Of a stretch of DNA of 64,000 nt, positions 56,191 to 64,000 are shown in pieces. Under the pieces are notes generated by a model. It searched no databases. It was not told the origin of the DNA and saw nothing but the letters and a program-made list of their open reading frames with translations. The DNA is from Rhodospirillales bacterium. Lineage in GTDB: Bacteria; Pseudomonadota; Alphaproteobacteria; Micavibrionales; UBA1664. The stretch lies in NCBI GenBank assembly GCA_023898805.1, contig CP060260.1, positions 715,512 to 779,511 of the forward strand, in the 5' to 3' direction. The translations under genes and the position numbers were made by a program. The stretch's first letter is position 1, and every line of letters starts with the position of its first letter.

Positions 56191-56398
56191 AAAAGTCGTC
56201 AAAACTTCGCAAAGCACTTGCTGCGCCCGCGCCACGACATGCGGGCGCACTCATTATTCATAATTCACTTTAACATATTGAAAACAATGCGCTTTTTTGT
56301 CGCGGTTAACGAATTCTTCATTCACTTTTTGTTTACTTAAGTTAACATTCACACAGCGTTTTGCTGCCTTTTAGCCCTTTTTTTCGGAGAACCCGTCA

Positions 56399-58564
56399 AT
56401 GGTTTCGCTGTCCAACGTCAAGATTTCCAAGAAATTGCCGGTAATCATGGTCCTGATGGCCCTTCTGGGCGTGGGGGTTTCGACCGGCATCAGCGCCTAT
56501 CTCTCCACGCAATCCGCGCTCAAACGCGCCGAGGCCAGCCTGTCCACCGTGCTTGATGAAAAAGAGCATGAACTGAATGCCTATCTCAAGACGCTCGACG
56601 ACGACCTTAACGTCGTCGCGACCAGCGAAAATACCCAAACCGCCTTCGCCGATTACGGCACCGCATGGGACGAGCTTACGGCCAACCAGACCGAAAAACT
56701 GCAAAAACTTTATATCGAGGACAACCCCAACCCGACCGGCCATAAGGAAGACCTTGATTACGCGCGCGACGGCTCGGCCTACAGCCTCGCCCACGCCAAA
56801 CACCATTTGTGGTTCCGTCAGTTTCTGCGCGCCAACGGCTATTACGACATTTTCCTGATCTCGCCCGAGGGCAACATCCTGTACACCGTGTTCAAGGAAC
56901 TGGATTTCGCCACCAATGTTCAGAACGGACAGTGGAAAAACGCCGATATCGGCAATATTTTCCGCGAGGTGATGGCCAAGGCCAAGGCAAAAAGCGACGA
57001 CACCATCGTCTTCGAAGACTTTAAACCCTACGCGCCCAGCCATGACGTCCCCGCCGGTTTCATCGGTCGCGCGGTCTATACGCCGTCGGGCGCGCTGCTC
57101 GGCGTTCTGGTATTCCAGTTGCCGATCGACAATTTCATCCATCTTCTGAAACCGAATAAAAATCTGGGCGACACCGCCAAATTCTACCTTACCGCCGGCG
57201 ATCGCCTGCTGCGCAACGACCCCGACGGCGCCAGCGCCGATCCGATTCTGCGCGATAAAATCGATCTTCCCGCAGTAGACAGCGCAGTCAATGACGACCA
57301 GGCCGGTGTTGCGCTCGATCACAACGACAAGGGCGTCAAACTGGTCACGGCCTATGAACCCGTGGCATACCCCCGCGTCAAATGGGTCTTGCTGCTCAAT
57401 CAGGATTATGACGAGGTCATGAGCGTAATCGTAAAAGATACGATGAACGTCATCTATATCTCCATCGTCGTCCTGTTGGCCGTGGCCCTGATCTCGGCTC
57501 TGTTCGCCCGCTCCCTCACACGTCCTATCGCCGGCCTGCAAAAGGCGATGGCCGATCTGGCCGGCGGCAACAAATCGATCGCGATTCCGGGGCTTGAACG
57601 CGGCGACGAAATCGGCGACATGGCCAAAACCGTGGGTGTGTTCAAGGAAAACGCGCTGGAACTCGACCGCATGAACGCATCCGCCGAGGAACAGAAAAAA
57701 CGCGCTGAAATCGAAAAGAAAGAAACCATGCACAAAATGGCCAACGATTTCGACAATCGCGTCGGCGGGGTCATCCGCACCCTGTCCTCCGCGGCGGAAA
57801 GCATGACCACGACCGCGCAACAGATGAAGCACGCTTCCGACCAGACGGCGCATGTCAGTTCCATGGTTGCCAGCGGCGCGACCCAGGCGGATTCCAACGT
57901 CCAGACCGTGGCCGCCGCGGCAGAGGAACTGGCCGCGAGCTCGTCCGAAATCGCGCGTCAGATCGACTCGGTCGCGAAAAAGGCCAACATGGCCGCCAGC
58001 GACGCGCAGGCGACATCGGCCTCGGTACAGGAACTGGTGACTCTGGCCGAAAGCATCGGCGAGGTCATCGGCACCATCAAGGATATTGCTGACCAGACCA
58101 ACCTGCTGGCCCTCAACGCGACCATCGAGGCCGCGCGTGCCGGCGAAGCGGGCAAGGGCTTCGCGGTCGTCGCGGACGAGGTCAAAAAACTGGCCAACGA
58201 AACCGGCCAAAAGACCGAGGAAATCGACCAGCGCGTTACCCGCATTCAGGACGCGATCCGCAATGCGGTCGGCGCGATGCAAAAGATCATCGACAATGTC
58301 AGCCAGATAGACTCGGCCACGACCTCGGTCGCGGGCGCGGTGGAGGAGCAGAACGCCGCCACGGCCGAAATCGGCCGCAACGTGACCGAAGCCTCGACCG
58401 GCACGCAGCAGGTATCCAGCTCGATCGTGCAGGTCCAGCAGAACGCCGCCGAAACCGGCCAGTCGGCCAACATGGTGTTCTCGGCCGCGTCCGACCTCAA
58501 GGATCAGGCGGAAATGCTGCAACGGGAGGTCACGAACTTCCTTCAGGAAATCCGCGCGGCCTGA
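56399..58564 (+). CDS. Methyl-accepting chemotaxis protein (Cache-like sensor, HAMP, MA domain)
   Basis: Two TM segments flanking a ~300-aa periplasmic domain, a HAMP domain, and the conserved signalling hairpin [37 protein letters not shown]. Confidence 0.92.
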   Translation: MVSLSNVKISKKLPVIMVLMALLGVGVSTGISAYLSTQSALKRAEASLSTVLDEKEHELNAYLKTLDDDLNVVATSENTQTAFADYGTAWDELTANQTEKLQKLYIEDNPNPTGHKEDLDYARDGSAYSLAHAKHHLWFRQFLRANGYYDIFLISPEGNILYTVFKELDFATNVQNGQWKNADIGNIFREVMAKAKAKSDDTIVFEDFKPYAPSHDVPAGFIGRAVYTPSGALLGVLVFQLPIDNFIHLLKPNKNLGDTAKFYLTAGDRLLRNDPDGASADPILRDKIDLPAVDSAVNDDQAGVALDHNDKGVKLVTAYEPVAYPRVKWVLLLNQDYDEVMSVIVKDTMNVIYISIVVLLAVALISALFARSLTRPIAGLQKAMADLAGGNKSIAIPGLERGDEIGDMAKTVGVFKENALELDRMNASAEEQKKRAEIEKKETMHKMANDFDNRVGGVIRTLSSAAESMTTTAQQMKHASDQTAHVSSMVASGATQADSNVQTVAAAAEELAASSSEIARQIDSVAKKANMAASDAQATSASVQELVTLAESIGEVIGTIKDIADQTNLLALNATIEAARAGEAGKGFAVVADEVKKLANETGQKTEEIDQRVTRIQDAIRNAVGAMQKIIDNVSQIDSATTSVAGAVEEQNAATAEIGRNVTEASTGTQQVSSSIVQVQQNAAETGQSANMVFSAASDLKDQAEMLQREVTNFLQEIRAA

Positions 58565-58587
58565 TAAGAAAAAGTCCACGAAGCGCA

Positions 58588-58624
58588 CGAAGGACACGAA
58601 GGAAAAACCCCTTCGTGTCCTTCG
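58588..58624. terminator. 15-bp-stem hairpin between convergent MCP and HEXXH genes
   Basis: cgaaggacacgaagg-aaaaacc-ccttcgtgtccttcg. No adjacent U-run on either strand, so terminator function is uncertain. Confidence 0.45.
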
Positions 58625-58645
58625 TCATTACCCGCATCCATGGGC

Positions 58646-59575
58646 TTACGCCATGCCCGGCTTGGGCGCGCCGGCCTGAAACGGGGTAACAAGCCCGCAT
58701 TCCTGCACCGCGCGCCGCATCAGATTGCCCGTATAACGCCCTGCGGCATAAAAATCATCAGGCCGCGAAAAGCCGAACGTCTGCATTATTATGGGCAGCT
58801 TCGCGCGCGTCGCGCCGCCAAACAGCACACCCAGCGCGTCTTCCCGCGCCTGTGCGGACATGCCCCAAAAATTACGGTACATCGCGCTTGCCAGCACGCC
58901 CGCAAAGCCGTGTCGGTGCAAATAAATGACACCCCTGCGCTGCTTACCGTCCACCGACCTCATGCGCATGACGTCCGCTTTTAAAAGCCAGACATTCATA
59001 TCGATTTTGCACGCTATGGTGAACAAGTCGTAAAGCCGCTGCACCCACGCGGCCTTGCTGTACGCGCACACACCCTGCAAGCGGTTGTAAGCCGCTTCCT
59101 GCACAAAAAACGCCTGCAATTCATTGACGTTTGCGTCACAAATTCCATCGCGGACGGCAACCAGATGCCCACTTTCATGCGCCATATAAACCGGATCCAG
59201 AATACTTTTATTGGCACGAAACCTTATGCCGTTTTCGTCGCAATCGCCGCCGCTTTTCATATGCGGCGATTGATCGGCCGGATACGCGCGCATGGGTTTT
59301 TCGGCAAGACGCGTTTCAAACAACGCGCGATACGCTTGCCCGCCGACGTCATCCCAAACCTGGGTGACGAATTCCAGCGTTTTCTCCCACGGCCAGCCAC
59401 CCGCCGCCTCAAGCCCGGCTTGCATAGAAGACAGTGCCTGATGATTGAATTTAAACCCCGCACTGCGCAGACCGGCGAACAGCGGCTCAAGCATCGCGTC
59501 GGGCACGAGGGTTTCGACCGGGTTGCACAGTCCTTCCCAGCAGCGGAAACTATGCTTGCGATAGGCATCCCACAT
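58646..59575 (-). CDS. Putative zinc metallopeptidase (HEXXH)
   Basis: YMAHESGHLV motif, no signal peptide. Start ATG 59575 (the track start is TTG 59584). Confidence 0.55.
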   Translation of the reverse strand: MWDAYRKHSFRCWEGLCNPVETLVPDAMLEPLFAGLRSAGFKFNHQALSSMQAGLEAAGGWPWEKTLEFVTQVWDDVGGQAYRALFETRLAEKPMRAYPADQSPHMKSGGDCDENGIRFRANKSILDPVYMAHESGHLVAVRDGICDANVNELQAFFVQEAAYNRLQGVCAYSKAAWVQRLYDLFTIACKIDMNVWLLKADVMRMRSVDGKQRRGVIYLHRHGFAGVLASAMYRNFWGMSAQAREDALGVLFGGATRAKLPIIMQTFGFSRPDDFYAAGRYTGNLMRRAVQECGLVTPFQAGAPKPGMA

Positions 59576-59613
59576 GCCGGGCAAGTTATATAATTATGAA
59601 AATAATTGCAAAT

Positions 59614-61407
59614 TTAGAAATTCGCCGCCTGCAATTCCATCAACGCCGCCTTGCCTGCCATGACCATGCGGAACCGCGCTTCGTATTCAGGTAACATGCG
59701 GGTCATGTAAAACCGTGCGGTTTGCAGCTTGGAATCGTAAAATTCGTCCCGCCCGTCGCCGCTGCCCTTTTTCGCAAGCGCCACCTTCGCCATCCGCGCC
59801 CAGCAAAAACCGATGGCGCTTAACGCGAACATGCGCAGGTAATCCACGCTCGCGGCGCCGGCCTCCACCGGGTCTTTCAAGCCTTTAAGGGCGATGGTCG
59901 CCGTCGCCTGTTGCAGCTTGGCCACCGCCTTGGCAAGCGGCATCACGAATTCGCCCATCGCGTCGTTTTCCATCTCGGCCTCGATGAATTGCGTGACCGG
60001 GTGGAAGAACCGGCGCAACAACCGCCCGTATCCGACGCCCATCTTGCGGCCCACGAGATCGAGCGCCTGAATGCCGTTGGTGCCTTCGTAAATCTCGGCG
60101 ATCCGGGCGTCGCGCGCATATTGCTCCACCCCCGTGTCCCAGATATACCCCATGCCGCCATGCACCTGCACGGACAGATTGGCGACCGTGCTGCCCATGT
60201 CGGTCTGGTACGCCTTGACGATCGGAGTCATCAGCGCGACGAAATCATCCGCCTCCTGCCGCTCCGCCGCGTCCGGGTGGTGCCGCGCGATATCAAGCGA
60301 CAGGCCGACAAGATAGGACAGCATCCGTGCCCCCTCGCAAAACGCCTTGCCGGTCAAAAGCATGCGCCGAATGTCCGGATGCACGATGATCGGGTCGGCA
60401 GGCAGATCCGGGTTTTTCGCGCCGTCCAGCGCCCGCATCTGCAACCTGTCCTTGGCGTATTGCACGGCGTTCTGCTGCGCGACCTCGGCGATGCCAAGCC
60501 CCTGCATCGCCACGCCCAGCCGCGCCGCGTTCATCATCGCGAACATCGCGCGCAGACCCTTGTGCGCCTCGCCCACCAGCCAGCCGCGCGCACCCTCATA
60601 GGCCATGACGCAGGTCGCCGAGGCCTTGATGCCCATCTTGTGTTCGATGCTCGCGCACTGCACGCCGTTGCGCGCGCCCAAAGACCCGTCCTCGTTGACC
60701 AGGAACTTGGGCACCACGAACAGCGAAATGCCTTTCACCCCTTCTGGCGCGTCGGGCAACCGCGCCAGCACCAGATGGATGATGTTTTCGGTCAAATCGT
60801 GTTCCCCGGCCGAAATAAAGATCTTCTGCCCCGTGATCGCATACGACCCGTCGCCGTTGTCGGCGGCCTTGGTCTTGATCAGGCCCAGATCGGTGCCGCA
60901 ATGCGGCTCGGTCAGATTCATCGTCCCCGACCATTCGCCGGAAACAAGTCGCGGCAGATACATGGCTTTTTGTTCCGGCGTGCCGAACTGGTGCAGCGCC
61001 TCGTACGCGCCCTGCGAAAGGCCGGGATACATGCCGAACGACATGTTGGCAGAACAGATCATCTCCTGCATCACGCAGTTGAGCACATGCGGCATACCCA
61101 TGCCGCCGTAATCGGGGTCGCAGGCAAGGCCCGTCCACCCGCCTTCGATGAAGGTCCGGTATGCCTCCTTAAATCCGGCGGGGGTGGTGACTTCGCCCGC
61201 GTTGAACCGGCACCCATCCTTGTCGCCGGACTGGTTGACCGGGAACAAAACTTCCTGACAGATCGTGGCCGCGCCCTCAAGGATCGCGTCAACGGTATCC
61301 GCGTCCGCCGTATCGAATCCCGGTAACTGTGAAAGCGTATCCTGAACCTTCAAAACGTCGTTCAGCACGAAACGGATATTTTCAAGCGGCGCGGCATAGC
61401 TGGGCAT
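59614..61407 (-). CDS. Long-form acyl-CoA dehydrogenase
   Basis: ACAD N/M/C domains (WSGTMNLTEPHCGTD, IYEGTNGIQALDLVGRK) plus a C-terminal extension domain. Confidence 0.92.
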   Translation of the reverse strand: MPSYAAPLENIRFVLNDVLKVQDTLSQLPGFDTADADTVDAILEGAATICQEVLFPVNQSGDKDGCRFNAGEVTTPAGFKEAYRTFIEGGWTGLACDPDYGGMGMPHVLNCVMQEMICSANMSFGMYPGLSQGAYEALHQFGTPEQKAMYLPRLVSGEWSGTMNLTEPHCGTDLGLIKTKAADNGDGSYAITGQKIFISAGEHDLTENIIHLVLARLPDAPEGVKGISLFVVPKFLVNEDGSLGARNGVQCASIEHKMGIKASATCVMAYEGARGWLVGEAHKGLRAMFAMMNAARLGVAMQGLGIAEVAQQNAVQYAKDRLQMRALDGAKNPDLPADPIIVHPDIRRMLLTGKAFCEGARMLSYLVGLSLDIARHHPDAAERQEADDFVALMTPIVKAYQTDMGSTVANLSVQVHGGMGYIWDTGVEQYARDARIAEIYEGTNGIQALDLVGRKMGVGYGRLLRRFFHPVTQFIEAEMENDAMGEFVMPLAKAVAKLQQATATIALKGLKDPVEAGAASVDYLRMFALSAIGFCWARMAKVALAKKGSGDGRDEFYDSKLQTARFYMTRMLPEYEARFRMVMAGKAALMELQAANF

Positions 61408-61478
61408 GGTCGGGAAAGCCTTTTTACGGAATCAAACGGAATCACAGATTACCATTTTATCATAAAAACGCGGACGGG

Positions 61479-61778
61479 CTAATCGTCCTCGCGCACGGAC
61501 AGGCGGATTTCGTCGATCAGCCGGTCGCGCTTGCGCGGATCGTGGTCGATATCATGCCGGACTTGCTTTTTCAGGTCTTCAAGCTTCAGCTTTTTGACCA
61601 GCTCTTGCAGGTTTTCTTCGCCAATTTCGGCGCGCAGGCTGCGCATCTGCGCCATCAAGGCCTGGGTTTTTTCCTGTTTGGACGTCATCGGCGCGCCCGG
61701 AACGGACGGGACTTTCCCCGCATCCCCCGGCGTCTTGCCCTTTTTGCTTTTGTCTTTGTCCTTGCCGAAAAACCACAT
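61479..61778 (-). CDS. Hypothetical charged coiled-coil protein (99 aa)
   Basis: Lys/Glu-rich, GC3-consistent frame, no motif recognised. Confidence 0.4.
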   Translation of the reverse strand: MWFFGKDKDKSKKGKTPGDAGKVPSVPGAPMTSKQEKTQALMAQMRSLRAEIGEENLQELVKKLKLEDLKKQVRHDIDHDPRKRDRLIDEIRLSVREDD

Positions 61779-61845
61779 GACGGGAATCAGTCTACCTCAA
61801 CCCGCCCGCATGGGCGATACAAATCCCGCCTGTCCGGCCCCACTT

Positions 61846-62223
61846 CTATCCAGCAAGACGCCGGACCGTATCCTCGAACTGGGTCATGTTGATCGGCTTG
61901 GCCAGCGCCGCGTTGCATCCGCAAAGCGCGGCTTCCTCCAACAGGTCGCCCGCGCGTTCGCGCCCGCCGCCTGAAATCGCGATGATCGGAACGCGCGGAT
62001 AGACCGCGCGAATGTCGCGGATGGTTTCAAGCCCTGTCTTGCGCGGCATGATGATGTCGGTGATAACCAGATCCGGCGGCCCTTCCAGCGTGATCCGGTC
62101 AAGCCCCGCCACCCCGTTGGCCGCGCAGGACACGGCATAACCAAGCTCGGTAAGTGTATCCCGCATCACCGCGCATACAGCCGCCGTATCGTCGATGATC
62201 AAAATCCGTTTGCGTTCAGGCAT
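61846..62223 (-). CDS. Single-domain CheY-like response regulator
   Basis: ILIIDD, LVITDIIMPRKTG, IIAISG, LAKP. Start overlaps the upstream kinase gene by 8 nt. Confidence 0.85.
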   Translation of the reverse strand: MPERKRILIIDDTAAVCAVMRDTLTELGYAVSCAANGVAGLDRITLEGPPDLVITDIIMPRKTGLETIRDIRAVYPRVPIIAISGGGRERAGDLLEEAALCGCNAALAKPINMTQFEDTVRRLAG

Positions 62224-63787
62224 GTTCCGGCACCTTGTCGAATATGGCGCGCAGCCGCGCCGCCAGCGCCTCGCGGCGATAGGGCTTGCTGATCACCGGT
62301 TCCCTGACAAGGTCAAGCGGCAATGCCTTTTCGCTGTAACCAGAGGTAAGCAGGATTTTCACTTGTGGAAAATGCCGGCGCACCTGTTCCGCCAGTTCGA
62401 CGCCGTTCATCGGCCCCGGCATCACCACGTCGCTGAACACAAGATCGATGCGTTCATGTTCGCGCCGCAGGATTTCAAGCGCGACCCGTCCGTTTGGCGC
62501 CTGTAAGGTGCGATACCCCATACGTTCAAGCAGGTGCACGACAAAGCCGCGCAGTTCGGTGTCGTCCTCCACCACCAGAATCCGCTCGCGCCCAGACTGC
62601 GACACCATCATCATGTCGTCATCCCCCACATCCTGCGCTGCCTCGGCACTCGCGGCGGGCAGGTACAGGCGAAACACCGTGCCATGCCCCTTTTCGCTGT
62701 AGACCGTGATATGCCCGCCCGATTGCCGGACGAAACCGTAAGCCATGGCCAGCCCAAGCCCCGTACCCTCGCCCGACGGCTTGGTGGTGAAAAACGGCTC
62801 GAAAATCCTGGCCGTAACCTCCGGCACCATGCCGCACCCCGTGTCGGAAATCGCGATCATCACATACCGCCCCGGCTGTGCCGCGCCATGCCGCATGACA
62901 TAGGAATCGCCCAGTGTGACGTTTTCGGTTTCGATGGTCAGCCGCCCGGTTCCCTCCATCGCGTCGCGCGCATTGACCGCGAAATTGATCAACGTATTCT
63001 GGAATTCCACCACGTCGACCGCCACCGGCCAGATATCCGCGCCCAGCGGGGTTTCGATCTCGATCCCGCCGCCCAGCGCGCGTTCCAAAAGCGCCATCGT
63101 GTCGCGGATCACCGCGTTGACGTCGGCAACGGTCTTTTCCAGCGCGCGCTGGCGCGTGAACACCATCAACCGGCGCACCATCTCGCTGCCGGATTCGCAG
63201 ACATCGGAAATGGCGTCGAATTTCTCGGCGATGTCCTCCGGCCCGTATTTCTCCACCCCCGCCTCGAACCGGCGGCGCAAAAGATGCGCGTTGCCGATGA
63301 CCACGGTCAAAAGATTGTTGAAGTCGTGCGCGATGCCGGAGGTCAGTTGCCCGATCGCCTCCATCTTGCGGTGCTGCATCAACTCGACCTCCGCCGCCGC
63401 GTGGGCGCAGCGCAGTTGATGTGTCTCGCGCACCTTGTGCAGCGTCAGGGCCAACCCCTCGCCATTCGTTTCGCCGCGCATCACGTAATCCTGCGCACCC
63501 AGCCGCAGCGCGTCGACCATGGCGGCTTCCTCGCCCCGCCCCGCCAGCATCACGACCGGACATGCGGTGATGCCGCACCGTCCCTTGTAAAACGGCCGTA
63601 TCGACGCGGCCAGATCCCCATCCGGCAGTTGCGTTGCCAAAAACGCCGCATCATAAGGGGCCGCGCCTTGCATCGCATCCGCCTCGGCGATATCGGCGGC
63701 GATATCCACGATTACATCTTCATTTGCCAAAAGGCCGCGTAAATGCGCGGCTTCAGTGACATCGGCGTCCACGATCAATATCCGCAT
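62216..63787 (-). CDS. Hybrid histidine kinase (pseudo-receiver - HisKA - HATPase - REC)
   Basis: N-terminal receiver-like fold with Ala at the phospho-Asp position (DAAFLATQLPDGD). H box GIAHDFNNLL; GTGLGLAMAYG. C-terminal intact receiver (LVFSDVVMPG, LLTSG, ISKP). Confidence 0.9.
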   Translation of the reverse strand: MRILIVDADVTEAAHLRGLLANEDVIVDIAADIAEADAMQGAAPYDAAFLATQLPDGDLAASIRPFYKGRCGITACPVVMLAGRGEEAAMVDALRLGAQDYVMRGETNGEGLALTLHKVRETHQLRCAHAAAEVELMQHRKMEAIGQLTSGIAHDFNNLLTVVIGNAHLLRRRFEAGVEKYGPEDIAEKFDAISDVCESGSEMVRRLMVFTRQRALEKTVADVNAVIRDTMALLERALGGGIEIETPLGADIWPVAVDVVEFQNTLINFAVNARDAMEGTGRLTIETENVTLGDSYVMRHGAAQPGRYVMIAISDTGCGMVPEVTARIFEPFFTTKPSGEGTGLGLAMAYGFVRQSGGHITVYSEKGHGTVFRLYLPAASAEAAQDVGDDDMMMVSQSGRERILVVEDDTELRGFVVHLLERMGYRTLQAPNGRVALEILRREHERIDLVFSDVVMPGPMNGVELAEQVRRHFPQVKILLTSGYSEKALPLDLVREPVISKPYRREALAARLRAIFDKVPEHA

Positions 63788-63796
63788 CTCGCCCTC

Positions 63797-64000
63797 CTAC
63801 ACCGCGACCTTGGCGTTGGCCTGACGCAAAAGCCCGCCGATCTTGGCCGAAAGCTGCGCCGGGGTGAACGGCTTGCGGATATAGGCGGTGACGCCCGCGT
63901 CCCGTGCCTCGACCACAGAATCGACGTCGCTGCGCCCGGTGATCATCAAAAACGGCAGGCGCGGAAAGATGGAGCGCACCTGCTTGAGAAAATCGATGCC
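63797..64000 (-). CDS. Response regulator receiver protein (5' end beyond window)
   Basis: Frame open to the window edge. GIDFLKQVRSIFPRLPFLMITG...AGVTAYIRKPF is the C-terminal half of a REC domain. Confidence 0.8.
   Translation of the reverse strand, partial: GIDFLKQVRSIFPRLPFLMITGRSDVDSVVEARDAGVTAYIRKPFTPAQLSAKIGGLLRQANAKVAV

Noticed and set aside
56396-58597. 733-aa ORF antisense to the MCP gene
   Set aside because: The MCP signalling hairpin and HAMP domain are clear on the plus strand, so this is a shadow frame.

Overview
GC-rich chromosomal segment with alphaproteobacterial hallmarks: a permuted two-piece tmRNA with tag ANDNYAPVALAA, lptC-lptA-lptB-rpoN-hpf synteny, and an Hsp20+DUF1150 pair behind a ROSE-like leader. 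Most of the window is housekeeping: ftsK (5' partial), gluQ, lolA, recR, a wza/wzc-like pair, pmbA, tRNA-Leu(CAG), kdsD, lptCAB, rpoN, hpf, cysS, asd, thyA-folA, rne, amiC, leuA, an MCP, an acyl-CoA dehydrogenase and several two-component proteins. Two accessory blocks stand out. (1) 25.7-35.9 kb, minus strand: a tightly packed ten-gene cluster. It encodes a CheY-like regulator, a lipoprotein secretin, a secreted protein with three Ig-like Cys-pair repeats fused to a PilP/GspC-HR-like domain, a GspE/PilB-type ATPase and a GspF/PilC-type platform protein. It also encodes two bitopic GspL/GspM-like proteins, two large pilin-like proteins whose N-termini lack the canonical Phe1/Glu5, and a small Ser/Thr-rich protein. 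No prepilin peptidase or retraction ATPase is present. The layout matches no canonical T2SS/T4aP/Tad arrangement, so this is my best candidate for an undescribed type IV filament-class system. (2) 41.5-48.0 kb, plus strand: an AT-rich promoter island, a 96-aa acidic ORF and a 2040-aa orphan protein with an ancient internal duplication, a C-terminal cluster of hydrophobic helices and a His-rich tract. Also noted: a ~116-bp multi-hairpin repeat present twice, a PtsN-like protein lacking the phospho-His, a pseudo-receiver and a degenerate GGDEF domain, and orphan exopolysaccharide and ABC genes. No transposase, integrase, rRNA or CRISPR array was seen. All functional calls rest on motif recognition by eye, because no database search or folding program could be run. 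The ORF track uses GTG/TTG as well as ATG starts, so several starts were moved to internal ATGs with better context.
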